From contig JAANWX010000107.1 of the NCBI GenBank assembly GCA_018263575.1, positions 127 through 64,126 of the forward strand: a stretch of 64,000 nt of DNA, read 5' to 3'. Shown piece by piece: positions 16,562 through 26,315 of the stretch. The translations under genes and the position numbers were made by a program. Under the pieces are notes generated by a model, which did not search any database, was not told the origin of the DNA, and was given only the letters and a program-made list of their open reading frames with translations. Within the stretch, counting starts at the first letter, position 1. Each line of letters begins with the position of its first letter. Origin of the DNA: Chloroflexota bacterium. GTDB lineage: Bacteria > Chloroflexota > Anaerolineae > Anaerolineales > UBA11858.

Positions 16562-16994
16562 GCGCTTTGTCCCCAGGGTCGTTCTCGATACGAATGTGTT
16601 CATCAGTGGTATGATGGGGGTCAGTAGTCCGCCTCGCCAAATCATTGAGGCCTGGATGGATGGTACATTTACCTTAGTGACCTCGCTTTATCTTATAAAA
16701 GAGCTGACCCACGTCCTCACGTATCCCCATATCGCCGAACGCTTGCGGCTGAGCGATCCGGAGATAGAGACAATTTTAGCGGCCCTCATTTCTCGGGCAG
16801 AACTTGTATCAGGTGAATTGGAGCTACCCGGCGTGACCCGCGATCCCAAAGACGATCCAGTGGTTGCTTGTGCCGTAGAAGGAAAGGCGGACTACGTAGT
16901 TAGCGGTGACCAAGATTTACTCGTGCTGAGAGATTACGAAAATATCCTCATGATTACGCCAAGCCAATTCATAGAGCTTCTTTCCAGTCCTTAG
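16554..16994 (+). CDS. PIN-domain toxin
   Basis: VVLDTNVFISG at the N-terminus, with acidic residues near the C-terminus (VVSGDQDLL). 146 aa. Confidence 0.75.
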   Translation: MNERFVPRVVLDTNVFISGMMGVSSPPRQIIEAWMDGTFTLVTSLYLIKELTHVLTYPHIAERLRLSDPEIETILAALISRAELVSGELELPGVTRDPKDDPVVACAVEGKADYVVSGDQDLLVLRDYENILMITPSQFIELLSSP

Positions 16995-17059
16995 AGGATA
17001 CTTGTGGCTTCCGCCGAAGATTGATAAGACGCTTCTCAACAACCCAAAAAGGAATATAG

Positions 17060-17500
17060 ATGTTTAGAAAAAATGATGAACTAGCTCCAAAAATCGAAGT
17101 CTCCCCGTATAGCCAACGGATCACCTCCGTTTTAGGCCAAGGCATTTCCTGGCAGGGCGACCTGACCGGGAAAGGGGGTGTGCGCATCGAGGGATCGCTG
17201 GAAGGCAATATCAACCTCGAAGGCCTCATTGTGGTCGATAAAGAGGGGCGCGTGACCAGTGAGACCATCCGCGCCAATGCCGTGATTGTGGCCGGGATCA
17301 TTCGCAGCGACATCATCGCCCAAAAAGTGGAAATTCGCAGCACGGGCCGGGTGTGGGGAGACGTCACCACTGCGGCCTTTTCAACCGAAGAGGGGGCCTT
17401 CTTACGTGGTAAAATACAGATGGAAGAAAAAGTAGAAATTGACATCAAAGAAGAAGACGAAGACGACAACGAAGACGACATCGACCCAGAAGGGGAATAA
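17060..17500 (+). CDS. Bactofilin (polymer-forming cytoskeletal protein)
   Basis: Beta-helical repeat core (GDLTGKGGVRIEGSLEGNINLEG...IRSDIIAQKVEIRSTGRVWGDVTT) with an acidic tail. Confidence 0.75.
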   Translation: MFRKNDELAPKIEVSPYSQRITSVLGQGISWQGDLTGKGGVRIEGSLEGNINLEGLIVVDKEGRVTSETIRANAVIVAGIIRSDIIAQKVEIRSTGRVWGDVTTAAFSTEEGAFLRGKIQMEEKVEIDIKEEDEDDNEDDIDPEGE

Positions 17501-17502
17501 CA

Positions 17503-18453
17503 TTGAAGACCACATCATGGATATTAATTAGTTTAGCGCTCATGCTTAGCGCGTCAGCCTGCACCTCAAGCCTGGATAGATGGGGAGAGGTCACACCCTA
17601 CCCGACCTTGACCCCCATACCATCGCCCACGTTGAGGATCTCAGCCTCTCCCACGCTTGCCCCAACGCCTACGCCCACAACATCTCCCACGCCCGACCCT
17701 TCCCCAACGGCAAGTTCTCCGCCATCCTCCACGCCGCTGGCCTGCTGGAGCGAAGGTGGGAAACTCGAAAAAAGGGCCATTAACTCCCCACAACTGGAAG
17801 ATCCTCTGGAGTATCAGGTCTTTACACCCCCCTGTTATGAGCATTTCGCCGACAAACATTACCCGGTCTTATATTTGCTGCACGGCCTATATTACTCAGA
17901 TAACCAATGGCTTCGCATGGGCGCGCACACTACGGCCAACACGCTGATGGCAGAGGGAGAAATTCCCCCCTTTATTATTATCTTTCCCAGAGATCACATT
18001 TGGACTTTGCCGCCCGAAAACAAATTTGGTGAGGTCTTAGTCAGGGATTTGGTCCCCTGGATTGATAGCCATTACCGGACCATCCCCGGCAATGAGTACC
18101 GGGCCATTGGAGGGCTATCGCGGGGGGGAAACTGGGCAATCCATATCGTGCTCCAATATTGGGATATATTTGGGGCTTTAGGAGCGCATAGCGCGCCAAT
18201 TTTCTATAGCGATGGCCTCAGGCTCTCTGACTGGTTGGACGAAATCCCATCCGAAGAAATGCCGCGCATTTTCTTAGATATTGGGCAAGATGACAAGGAC
18301 AACAACTACATACTCAGCTTCGAAGAGATGCTTCGTGAACGCGGTATCCCCCATGAGTGGCACCTAAATTCCGGCTCGCATAATGAAGAGTATTGGATTT
18401 CCCACTTGGACCAATATTTGCTCTGGTACTCTGAGGCCTGGCGGGAGGAGTAA
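17503..18453 (+). CDS. Secreted esterase-family alpha/beta hydrolase (lipoprotein)
   Basis: Signal peptide and lipobox (LSASAC), a Pro/Thr/Ser linker, YPVLYLLHG and GGLSRGG motifs. TTG start as in the ORF track. Confidence 0.7.
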   Translation: MKTTSWILISLALMLSASACTSSLDRWGEVTPYPTLTPIPSPTLRISASPTLAPTPTPTTSPTPDPSPTASSPPSSTPLACWSEGGKLEKRAINSPQLEDPLEYQVFTPPCYEHFADKHYPVLYLLHGLYYSDNQWLRMGAHTTANTLMAEGEIPPFIIIFPRDHIWTLPPENKFGEVLVRDLVPWIDSHYRTIPGNEYRAIGGLSRGGNWAIHIVLQYWDIFGALGAHSAPIFYSDGLRLSDWLDEIPSEEMPRIFLDIGQDDKDNNYILSFEEMLRERGIPHEWHLNSGSHNEEYWISHLDQYLLWYSEAWREE

Positions 18454-18462
18454 GGGCCTCTC

Positions 18463-18692
18463 GCGAGTGTGCGAGTGTGCGAGTGGCAAGTGATGGCAAG
18501 GGGCAGGGGACGGTAGAGGCAAGGTAAACAAACGGCATAAACAAAGTAAACGGTCCAGGCAGCGAAATATGGGCCGACCGGGTAGCGAGCCAACCGAGTT
18601 GGCGGCATGGGAAGGTAAACATAGTAGACAGGGTAGGCAAGGGGCAAGGGGAAAGTGGCAAGAGGCAAGTAGCAAGTGGCAGGAGGCAAATG
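18463..18692. repeat. Degenerate tandem array of 7-8-nt units GCGAGTG / GCAAGTG / GGCAAGG
   Basis: Starts 10 nt after the esterase stop. It is well ordered at both ends and degenerate in the middle. It ends in AAATGTCAT, like the array at 12345-12489. Confidence 0.85.
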
Positions 18693-18814
18693 TCATGATT
18701 TGGGGGAGAAAGAAGGGATTCGATTAATGACCGAGAATAGAGAGTAGTGAGCGCGTGAATATTATGATAAAATAACTATGGTAGGGAGGCACAAGGTATA
18801 AAAGATACGGAGGT

Positions 18815-19180
18815 ATGCTAAAAATGGTGTTGCAGATATCAGAAGAACTTGCCGATGTCATTCAACAAGAAGCTAAAGAACGCCAAGAAACAGTGGAGAA
18901 TTTTTTAAGGTCTACTCTTCAACGGGAGCGCACCCTATCCAACAGGCAAAAAATTGAGAGGGAACAAAAATGGTGGGAGAGTCTTCCCTTAACAAAACGG
19001 GCAGAATTCTCAGGGAAGTATATCGCCATTCACAATAGGCAATTAGTAGACCACGACAAGAATGAAACTGAGCTATATGCCCGCATACGCAAAAAGTTTG
19101 GCAAAACACCTGTTTTAATTATGCCAGCAGAAGGACCGCAGGATATTCATATTTATAGCCCCCGGGTAATTCAAGAATGA
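18815..19180 (+). CDS. DUF5678-like small protein
   Basis: 121 aa. The C-terminal FSGKYIAIHNRQLVDHDKNETELYARIRKKFGKTPVLI is recalled as DUF5678-like. ATGA overlap with the next gene. Confidence 0.5.
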   Translation: MLKMVLQISEELADVIQQEAKERQETVENFLRSTLQRERTLSNRQKIEREQKWWESLPLTKRAEFSGKYIAIHNRQLVDHDKNETELYARIRKKFGKTPVLIMPAEGPQDIHIYSPRVIQE

Positions 19181-19566
19181 GGAAAAAAGCCTACAGCAAG
19201 GAATTTTACCCTCCTGCACCAGTTTTCGTGGTGAAAATAGTTGCGCCAGAGGAATCACCAACGGCCCTAAGGGAAACAGCATTGATTGATACAGGAGCAG
19301 ATGGCACTTTTGTTCCAACCTCCATTCTCGAAAAACTAGCCTTACCCATAGTATACATGACCAACGTCCGTTCGCATTTAGGAGAACAATTGTATCGAGT
19401 GCCAATTCACAAGGTTGATTTCATTTTATTCGATACCATCCGACTACCAAGCATAGAAGTTGTAGCCGATGACCGGGGGAATAATATCATTATTGGCAGA
19501 AATTTGTTAAATAAACTATCGCTGTTGTTAGATGGGCCAAATCAGGTTACAACAATTTTGGAATGA
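19177..19566 (+). CDS. Retropepsin-like aspartic protease (single-domain, clan AA)
   Basis: LIDTGADGTFV contains the D-T-G-A active-site motif. IIIGRNLL is the flap/dimer element. 129 aa. Confidence 0.75.
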   Translation: MRKKAYSKEFYPPAPVFVVKIVAPEESPTALRETALIDTGADGTFVPTSILEKLALPIVYMTNVRSHLGEQLYRVPIHKVDFILFDTIRLPSIEVVADDRGNNIIIGRNLLNKLSLLLDGPNQVTTILE

Positions 19567-19578
19567 GGGGGGCGAGAT

Positions 19579-22464
19579 TTATTCCCTTTGAACTGAAAAT
19601 GGTATTTCCACATCCGTGCGGTTGCCGGCCAGGTCACGGGCCACAACCCGCAGGGTAAAGTCCCCCACCTTCATGTCCCAGGCGAAAACGAAGGGTGGTT
19701 CCACGCGGGTGGCGGAGTCCCCATCTAGGGTGAATTCTACAACCTCCACGCCAAGGTTATCGCTGGCCTGGGCCTGAAAGATAAGCTGCTGACCAGATTG
19801 ATAGGAAAAAACTTGCCCCGCTTCCAGGTTGGATAAGGACAGCTCCGGGGGTGTGTTATCCACCGAGACGAGGAGGGTGGTTTTTTCTACGCGCTGCTCC
19901 TGGTAGGCGACAATGACCTGCAAGGCGTAAAGACCATCCTCGAAACCCGTCGTGTCCCATTCCCATAACAGGTCATCGACCACTTCCTCCCTGACCTCCG
20001 GGCCGTATTGTTGCCACAAGCGGGGGTTGTGGCCCTTTCCCAACCGAATTTGATAGGAGACAAAATCGCTCCCCGTGACGGTGCCCACAATGGGCACCTC
20101 TCCCCGCAGGTAAGCAAAATTTTGCGGCTCCGAGATGGTTAAATTCTCCGAAAAAGAAGGCTCAACAATGAGATCATAAGCATCGGGAGGGGTGGATACC
20201 CCTTGCCCAGCGGCCCATTCATCCGCCTGGGGGGGCACAATGAGGTAAACGCGCTCTTCGATGAGTTCGGGCGGGGTGAAGATAGTGGCCAAACGACCGG
20301 TCTCGCGGTTTATCTCCCGAACCTGGTATAAAGTATCTCCCTGAACAGGCTCACGGCCGGTGATGAAAACCTCGCTGACAATGGAGGGGCAATATTGGGT
20401 GGGCAACATCCCTGAAGGGTCACAAACATCCATGGTGGAAATGCCGGTGGGAGCGTCCCAACCCAGGGGGGGAAGGTCACGGGTGGCGTATTGGGTAAGC
20501 GCGCGCCACAAGCCAGCGGCTGTTTTTTGGGGGAGAGTCGTGGCCCCTTCCGGGCCGGAAGTGGTGGGGGACTCGGCGGACGGTTCCCCCTCCCGGCCAG
20601 CCCACACAGCGGTAAGACGCTGCGGGGTGTAACCAACCGCCCAGGCGGACCGGCTATCCCCCACATGGCCGATTTTAACGCCCACGGGCCGGCCAATCTC
20701 CAAGATGTTGGGATGTCCCAGGCTGGGCCAACGGGCGCTTTCATCCGCCAAAATATGGGTGGTCAGGTAGGCTAGCTGGGCGCTGATGACGGGGCGGCTT
20801 CCCACCGCTGGTTCGGCGCGCCACACCTTCCCGGCTCCATCCTCAATCCCCAAAACGCTCACGGGGCGCAAGGCACTATCGGAATCCGCCGAAGAGGGCC
20901 ATCCCATTAGAACGCCTTGGTTGCCAAGCGTACTGTAAGCGTGGGCTATATCCAGGAGGGTGATGGCTTTTTTATCCCACGGGGTTTGGCAGGCGGGGCA
21001 GGCGCGCTCGCGAAGGGGGAGGCCAAGCTGATGGAGAATGTTGGTAATGTTGGCCTGGCCCAGCTTCTCCCAATACGTCATGGCCGGGCTGAGATAATCG
21101 TTCGCCAGGGCTATACGGGAGCGAACTGGGCCTTGGTATTGGCAATTTTGCTCACAGTTGGGGTGGGTTTCCGGCGCGGTGAGGGAGGCGGTGGGGATGT
21201 CCCAGACGAGGGTGGCGGGGTTATCTCCCTGCGTGAAGGCGGTCAGGTAGAGGAAGGGGGTGAGGATTGTCCCGGCGGTGCGGCTCTCCCCCAGGGAAGA
21301 ATCTCGGCCCTGCGGCCCGTACCCCACCATGGCCAGGAGTTGCCCGTTCTGCGGGTCGAGGATGACCAGGTTGGCGGTGAGGCCTTTTCCTCCCGCGAGG
21401 GCACTTTCGGGGAGGGATGGCAAGAGGCGGGCGGCCTGGCAATCGGGGTCGGTTTCGGCCTCTTCCCCGGCGGCGCGCGTTAGCTGGTGCCGGATGGTGC
21501 AGGCGGCCTGGTTTTGTAAGTCAGCGTCCAGGGAGGTGATAATTTTGAATCCCCCCCGTTCGAGGCGTTTTTCGGGCACGGTGAGGGCGGCTTGCCCCAG
21601 TACGTAGCTTACAAAGGCGGGCGTGGTTTGCGGAGCGGGCGGCTCTTGAAAATCGAGGTCAGTTTGCGTGGCCTGGCGGACTTGCTGGGAGGTGATTGCC
21701 CCCTCTTTGAGCATAGTGTGGAGAAGTTCGGCCTGGCGTTCACGGGCGGCTTGGGGCGCGTCGAAAGGATTCAGGGCCGGAGCCTCTCCCACGGCGGCCA
21801 GCAAGGCGGCTTCAGCCAGGTTAAGGTCGGGGGCGGATTTCCCAAAATAAACCCGCGCGGCGGACTCGATCCCGTAAAGTTGATGGCCGTAGTAGGTGTT
21901 GTTCAGGTACCATTCCAGGACTTGCTGGCGCCCAAATTGGGCTATGGTCTGCGCGGCCAGGACGCGCTCGCGAAGTTGGCGCGGCAAGCCTTGTGGCTCT
22001 GCCCAAAAGAGGAGGTCAGAGACAAGGCGCAGGGAGATTGACGACTCTTGGGCGTCGGGCATGTTGAGGAGTTGCCAATTGGCCCGTGACCAAAAATCAG
22101 GGTCGGCGGCGACCACGGTTGCCGAGGCTATTTCGGTTTCGGCCAGGGCATCCAGGGTTACGTATTGGCGTGTTTCTAAAAGGGGGTTTTCGAAGCGCCA
22201 CAGGACTTGGTTCCCGTCCCGGTCATAGAGCTGGGTAGGTTCTAAGAGCAAGCCATCAGGCGGGGAGAGCAGATGTTGGAGCTCCTCAGGATGGGGTAAA
22301 TCCTGGGCTATTTTCGAGAAAAGGAAAGCTGAGCTGATGATGGCCAGGGAGAATAGCAGGCTCAGGGCTGCGGCAACAATCAGGCCCGCCCGCCCAGCGG
22401 GGTTTTTGCCGCGCTCAGCACGCCGCCTTTTCCGGGCGTGGATGATGGGGATAACTTTGTTCAT
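19579..22464 (-). CDS. Class A penicillin-binding protein (transglycosylase/transpeptidase) with C-terminal Ig-like domains
   Basis: The start is set at MNKVIPIIHARKRRR followed by a TM helix. GT51 motifs (ADPDFW, RVLAAQ..Q..K..ILE.YLN..YYG), then a transpeptidase region, then beta-rich repeats. The 408 nt upstream in the ORF track are rejected. Confidence 0.85.
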   Translation of the reverse strand: MNKVIPIIHARKRRRAERGKNPAGRAGLIVAAALSLLFSLAIISSAFLFSKIAQDLPHPEELQHLLSPPDGLLLEPTQLYDRDGNQVLWRFENPLLETRQYVTLDALAETEIASATVVAADPDFWSRANWQLLNMPDAQESSISLRLVSDLLFWAEPQGLPRQLRERVLAAQTIAQFGRQQVLEWYLNNTYYGHQLYGIESAARVYFGKSAPDLNLAEAALLAAVGEAPALNPFDAPQAARERQAELLHTMLKEGAITSQQVRQATQTDLDFQEPPAPQTTPAFVSYVLGQAALTVPEKRLERGGFKIITSLDADLQNQAACTIRHQLTRAAGEEAETDPDCQAARLLPSLPESALAGGKGLTANLVILDPQNGQLLAMVGYGPQGRDSSLGESRTAGTILTPFLYLTAFTQGDNPATLVWDIPTASLTAPETHPNCEQNCQYQGPVRSRIALANDYLSPAMTYWEKLGQANITNILHQLGLPLRERACPACQTPWDKKAITLLDIAHAYSTLGNQGVLMGWPSSADSDSALRPVSVLGIEDGAGKVWRAEPAVGSRPVISAQLAYLTTHILADESARWPSLGHPNILEIGRPVGVKIGHVGDSRSAWAVGYTPQRLTAVWAGREGEPSAESPTTSGPEGATTLPQKTAAGLWRALTQYATRDLPPLGWDAPTGISTMDVCDPSGMLPTQYCPSIVSEVFITGREPVQGDTLYQVREINRETGRLATIFTPPELIEERVYLIVPPQADEWAAGQGVSTPPDAYDLIVEPSFSENLTISEPQNFAYLRGEVPIVGTVTGSDFVSYQIRLGKGHNPRLWQQYGPEVREEVVDDLLWEWDTTGFEDGLYALQVIVAYQEQRVEKTTLLVSVDNTPPELSLSNLEAGQVFSYQSGQQLIFQAQASDNLGVEVVEFTLDGDSATRVEPPFVFAWDMKVGDFTLRVVARDLAGNRTDVEIPFSVQRE

Positions 22465-22494
22465 AGGGGGATTGTACCAGGAGGCAGGGCGTGT

Positions 22495-22640
22495 GACGAG
22501 TGGGTGGGCGAGTTGCGAGTTGCGAGTGGCGGGTGGCGAGTGGGCGAGATGCAAGTTGTGAGTTGCGAGTGTGCGAGATGCGAGTTGCAAGTGGCAGGTG
22601 GCAAGGGGGAAGGGGCGAGGGGGCAAGGGACAGGGGCTGG
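22495..22640. repeat. Tandem heptamer array GCGAGTT/GCGAGTG/GCAAGTG/GGCAAGG
   Basis: About 20 units, in the same family and orientation as 18463-18692. It lies between the SARP regulator stop (22671) and the PBP start (22464). Confidence 0.9.
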
Positions 22641-22670
22641 CTATTAAAACTCTAAATTGGGATTTCGCAC

Positions 22671-25600
22671 TCAGATAAAGCGTATGGGGTTGGATTCCCG
22701 GGCCAGGACACGTTGGCGGAAGGTTTGATAATGCGGGAGAAGGTTCCCCTCCGTGAGGTTGGCCTGGATGTCGTCCAGAAGGCGAATTATGTCTTCCGCT
22801 CGCTGGCTGGCTTCTTTTCCCATGGCCTCGAGGACTTTTTCCCACGCCAGGTGAGCTTCTACTTCTATCCATGGGTTCGGCAAAGCGGCTGCTTCTTGAA
22901 CCACGCTCCGGAAATGTTCTTCAGCGAGCGGATAATTCCCCTCTTGGAAGGTAATGTGACCCAATGAAATGCGGTTAGCTAACGTGTAAGAAACACATCC
23001 GCTTTCATGCACCAACTTATGAATCTTTGTGTTCAGGCGCATGGCTTGCTCAAGGTCATTTTCCAGGAGAGATACCGCCTCCCAGGCCAGCAAAGCCATG
23101 GCTGCGCCAATGCCCACGGAAGCCGCGTCCATTTTTTCTTTCCCCTCTCTAATCAACGCTCGTCCTCGTTCTATATCACCTGATTGCGCCAAGACAAGCC
23201 CCTGATGATAGAGGTTGTCAAAGCCAATGAAGTGTTCTGGCACAGAATCATATCCCGCCGAATAATATCCTTGGGCTTTATCATTGGCTTGTAAGATGCG
23301 GTAAATATCGCCTTTGACTCGTTTTCCCAGCCCAAGGATGTCTTGCAAGGCAAACCGCTGTCCAGTCTCCTCTGCTTGGTCAGCGTGTTCCCAAGCGGAA
23401 TCCACCTTCCCTTCCGCTAGGTCAAGCATGGCCCGGTAGGCGTGCATATAGCCACAAATGCGCCAACTTTGAATGCATTTCGCTAAATCAAATCCGGACT
23501 GTGTGGCAGTTCGACCCGCTTGGTATCTTCCTAAGTGATATTGAGAAAAAGCAAGCATAGCATAACCCGTCAATTCTCGGTGGGGGTGATTGCCTTTTCT
23601 AGCATGTTCCAGGCAAAGTTCGGCATGTTTTAAGGCCGTTCTTGGACGCAAGTTGAGATTATTTGTCATCGCCATTTGATAATGGGCGTTAGCTAAGGCG
23701 CTAAAAATTTCTGGCCCCTCTTCACATTCCAAGCCAAGAGCCAGGGCATCTTGGTATATCTCTTCTGCTTTATCGAGCTTGTTCAACATATAAAGAAATA
23801 CCCCCTTTCGCACCAAGTTTTCTATGTAGGCTATAAGATGCTGTCTTTCATTCAAGGAAATCAAGGCCCGGTTGGTGTATTTAAGCCCTTTTTTATATTG
23901 ACCACGAGCCATGCAAGCATCGCTTAAATTTCCCCAAGCAGCTCCAATGAGCAGATCTTCCCCACGTTCTTTTCCTATTTCCAATAGGGAGTGATTGAGG
24001 CGTTCTACCAATTCAATATTTTGGGTTTCAAAAGCGATTGCGCTCCAAGTAGAGAAGAATCGATAAAGATGCGCCTTAGAGGGGGTTAGGTTATGCTTGT
24101 TCAATAAGCTCTCAGCTTGTTGGAAGGCACGCGTAGCCTCTCTTGTGGAAGCTAAGGCACGAGCCTTCTCGCCCGCTTTTACCCAATAATAAAAAGCCGG
24201 AGCAAATTTTTTGGCCCCCTCGTAATGGGCGGCTATGATGGCTGATTCTGCACCCTCGTCTACTTTGATAAGCGCGGCACGATTATGTAAAATCAGGCGA
24301 CGGGCCTGACTCATATTTTGGAGTAAGACTTCTCGAACTTTATTATGGACAAAGCGATATTTAATCCCAGTCTCTTCAGCTTCTTTTTGCGCAGCGATTA
24401 AATTACTCTTGACCAGTGTCTCAATAATTGAAATGCTTTCTTCTTCCTCTATTTTTGAGATCAAGGGCACCAGGCTTAAGTCAAAGTCGGTACCCAAGAC
24501 AGCAACCGCTTCTAATACCCTGTACGCCGTGGAGTCTAATTCGGACAATCGATTCCTAATGACGGTGGAGAGTTTTTCATTCAAAGGGAATTTTTCCTGG
24601 GAGGTCAAGTCAGGTTTGCGGCCTGTATCTAAAATTGACCTTAACATCTCCAAAATAAAAAGCGGGTTTCCTCCCGATTCTTTGGACAAGGTTCTCACAA
24701 AATGTTTCGAGGGCGATTCTTGAAGAACGTGGTAGGAAAGTTTAGAAATTGCTTTTGTGGATAGCCCTTGTGTTCTCACAAAGTCTATATGTTTAGAATC
24801 TCGTAAAGAATGCAATAAGGAGGAATGTTGCTTTGCTAGTTCAGACTCTCGAGCGCTTCCAATCAACATTCCACGCCCATTTTTGAACGGGTAGCGTCCC
24901 AGTAAATAAGTAAACGTTTGCAAGGTTTCCGAGTCGGCATGTTGAATATCATCAAAGACAAGCAAAATTGGCTTTTGAGCCGCCAGCAGCTTAAAAGTTT
25001 GCCGGATTGCCTCCATGAGAACCGATGATTCTTGAGGCCGATTTGCCCCATCTTCAATATCCGTGCGCATCATGGCAATCTCGGGCAAGATATGAGATAA
25101 AGAACTAGCCCACGCGGGAGATAATTCAAGCCATATATTGGGAATAACCTCATGCCGGAAGAGGCTTATAAAAGGTTGAAAAGGCAAATTGACTTCATTC
25201 GGCTTGCAAGCAACGTTGAATACAGTATGCCAAGGGGAGACATTATTCGCGTACTCCTTGAGTATGCGCGTTTTACCCTTTCCGGCTTCCCCAAGCAGCA
25301 AGATATTTTGGCGTTGTTTTCTCGCCAAAGCCAACTGGGAAAAAATCTTCTCACGCCCTACCAAAGGGACGTTAACACAGGGATGAATATCCCAGGCGGG
25401 CCGAGGCTCTGGGATGTCCACATGCGTATCGCCTTTGATTTCTTGGTACAGGGCAGTTAAGCCTGGGGGAGGACCAATTCGCCCCTGGGCCTGCATCATC
25501 TTGGCAACTTTTCCATAGTACTCACGCGCTTGAGGTAATTGCCCTTGCTCTATGAACACTTTCATGCGAAGTTCGTAGAGATAGTCTGAGGGGTTGTTCA

Positions 25601-26189
25601 TTTCCAGGGCTAATTGAATCATTTTCTCAGCGGATTGAAAATCCCCCTCAATATAATAATGGTCAGCCAAGCGCTCAAGGACACTCTCCCGTAGTTTTTG
25701 TAATTCCTTGGCTATTTCTTGTACTTCTTGTTTTGCTTGTGGTTTGTCTGAAAAGTCAACTTTCTCTAAAAAGAGCTCCCCACTCCATAAATCCAGAGCC
25801 TGATTCAATAGCTCTACATTGTGGCGAGGGAGAGATTGGTCTCTGGGGATTTGCCAGGGAACCCGCCCAGCGTCATCAAGCAAATCGCGAAAGTGAAGGT
25901 GGTCAATATATGTGCGCTCAAAATCCAATCCTACCAAATCATCTTTGATAACAACAAGTTCCCCATCAGGCGAGTCGTCATTTAACCGAGAAAAGGTTGC
26001 CTCGAGGCCATCGGGGAAGGCCTCGGTTGGATTACTAAAAACACGCTCCAACTCTTCTTGCGGGAGCAGGCATCCTCGAGCAGCCAAGTAATAAAGTATT
26101 AACTTATGGAGATGGGTGGGAATATCAAGAGAGGTTTGCTCAAAAACAATTTGTGGTGGGCCGAGCAGGAGAATACGAAATGGATTCAT
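22671..26189 (-). CDS. SARP/AfsR-like regulator: winged-helix plus BTAD, AAA/STAND ATPase, TPR array
   Basis: The N-terminus LLLGPPQIVFEQTSLDIP...LILYYLA plus ALDLWSGELFL is BTAD-like. Walker A is LLGEAGKGKT and Walker B is LLVFDDIQHAD. The C-terminal 600 aa or so are TPR-like helical repeats. Confidence 0.7.
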   Translation of the reverse strand: MNPFRILLLGPPQIVFEQTSLDIPTHLHKLILYYLAARGCLLPQEELERVFSNPTEAFPDGLEATFSRLNDDSPDGELVVIKDDLVGLDFERTYIDHLHFRDLLDDAGRVPWQIPRDQSLPRHNVELLNQALDLWSGELFLEKVDFSDKPQAKQEVQEIAKELQKLRESVLERLADHYYIEGDFQSAEKMIQLALEMNNPSDYLYELRMKVFIEQGQLPQAREYYGKVAKMMQAQGRIGPPPGLTALYQEIKGDTHVDIPEPRPAWDIHPCVNVPLVGREKIFSQLALARKQRQNILLLGEAGKGKTRILKEYANNVSPWHTVFNVACKPNEVNLPFQPFISLFRHEVIPNIWLELSPAWASSLSHILPEIAMMRTDIEDGANRPQESSVLMEAIRQTFKLLAAQKPILLVFDDIQHADSETLQTFTYLLGRYPFKNGRGMLIGSARESELAKQHSSLLHSLRDSKHIDFVRTQGLSTKAISKLSYHVLQESPSKHFVRTLSKESGGNPLFILEMLRSILDTGRKPDLTSQEKFPLNEKLSTVIRNRLSELDSTAYRVLEAVAVLGTDFDLSLVPLISKIEEEESISIIETLVKSNLIAAQKEAEETGIKYRFVHNKVREVLLQNMSQARRLILHNRAALIKVDEGAESAIIAAHYEGAKKFAPAFYYWVKAGEKARALASTREATRAFQQAESLLNKHNLTPSKAHLYRFFSTWSAIAFETQNIELVERLNHSLLEIGKERGEDLLIGAAWGNLSDACMARGQYKKGLKYTNRALISLNERQHLIAYIENLVRKGVFLYMLNKLDKAEEIYQDALALGLECEEGPEIFSALANAHYQMAMTNNLNLRPRTALKHAELCLEHARKGNHPHRELTGYAMLAFSQYHLGRYQAGRTATQSGFDLAKCIQSWRICGYMHAYRAMLDLAEGKVDSAWEHADQAEETGQRFALQDILGLGKRVKGDIYRILQANDKAQGYYSAGYDSVPEHFIGFDNLYHQGLVLAQSGDIERGRALIREGKEKMDAASVGIGAAMALLAWEAVSLLENDLEQAMRLNTKIHKLVHESGCVSYTLANRISLGHITFQEGNYPLAEEHFRSVVQEAAALPNPWIEVEAHLAWEKVLEAMGKEASQRAEDIIRLLDDIQANLTEGNLLPHYQTFRQRVLARESNPIRFI

Positions 26190-26315
26190 GAAAGGCTCAG
26201 AAACTTCAACGTTTTTAGCACAGAGGGTGACTCTACTTTAAGAGAGTAACCCCAATTCTAGCACAAAGGAGGCTGGTACGGGTAGCGGGCTCTGTAAAAA
26301 CTATGTGACAAGAAG

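Noticed and set aside
18306-18696. Minus-strand ORFs of 110-127 aa (Pro/Leu/Cys/Ala-rich)
   Set aside because: They are translations of the GCGAGTG/GCAAGTG satellite.
22465-22872. 136-codon N-terminal extension of the PBP ORF (ORF track 19579-22872)
   Set aside because: It translates the heptamer satellite, giving low-complexity Pro/His/Leu/Ala sequence. It also overlaps the 3' end of the SARP regulator gene. A canonical basic-cytoplasmic-tail plus TM start exists at 22464.
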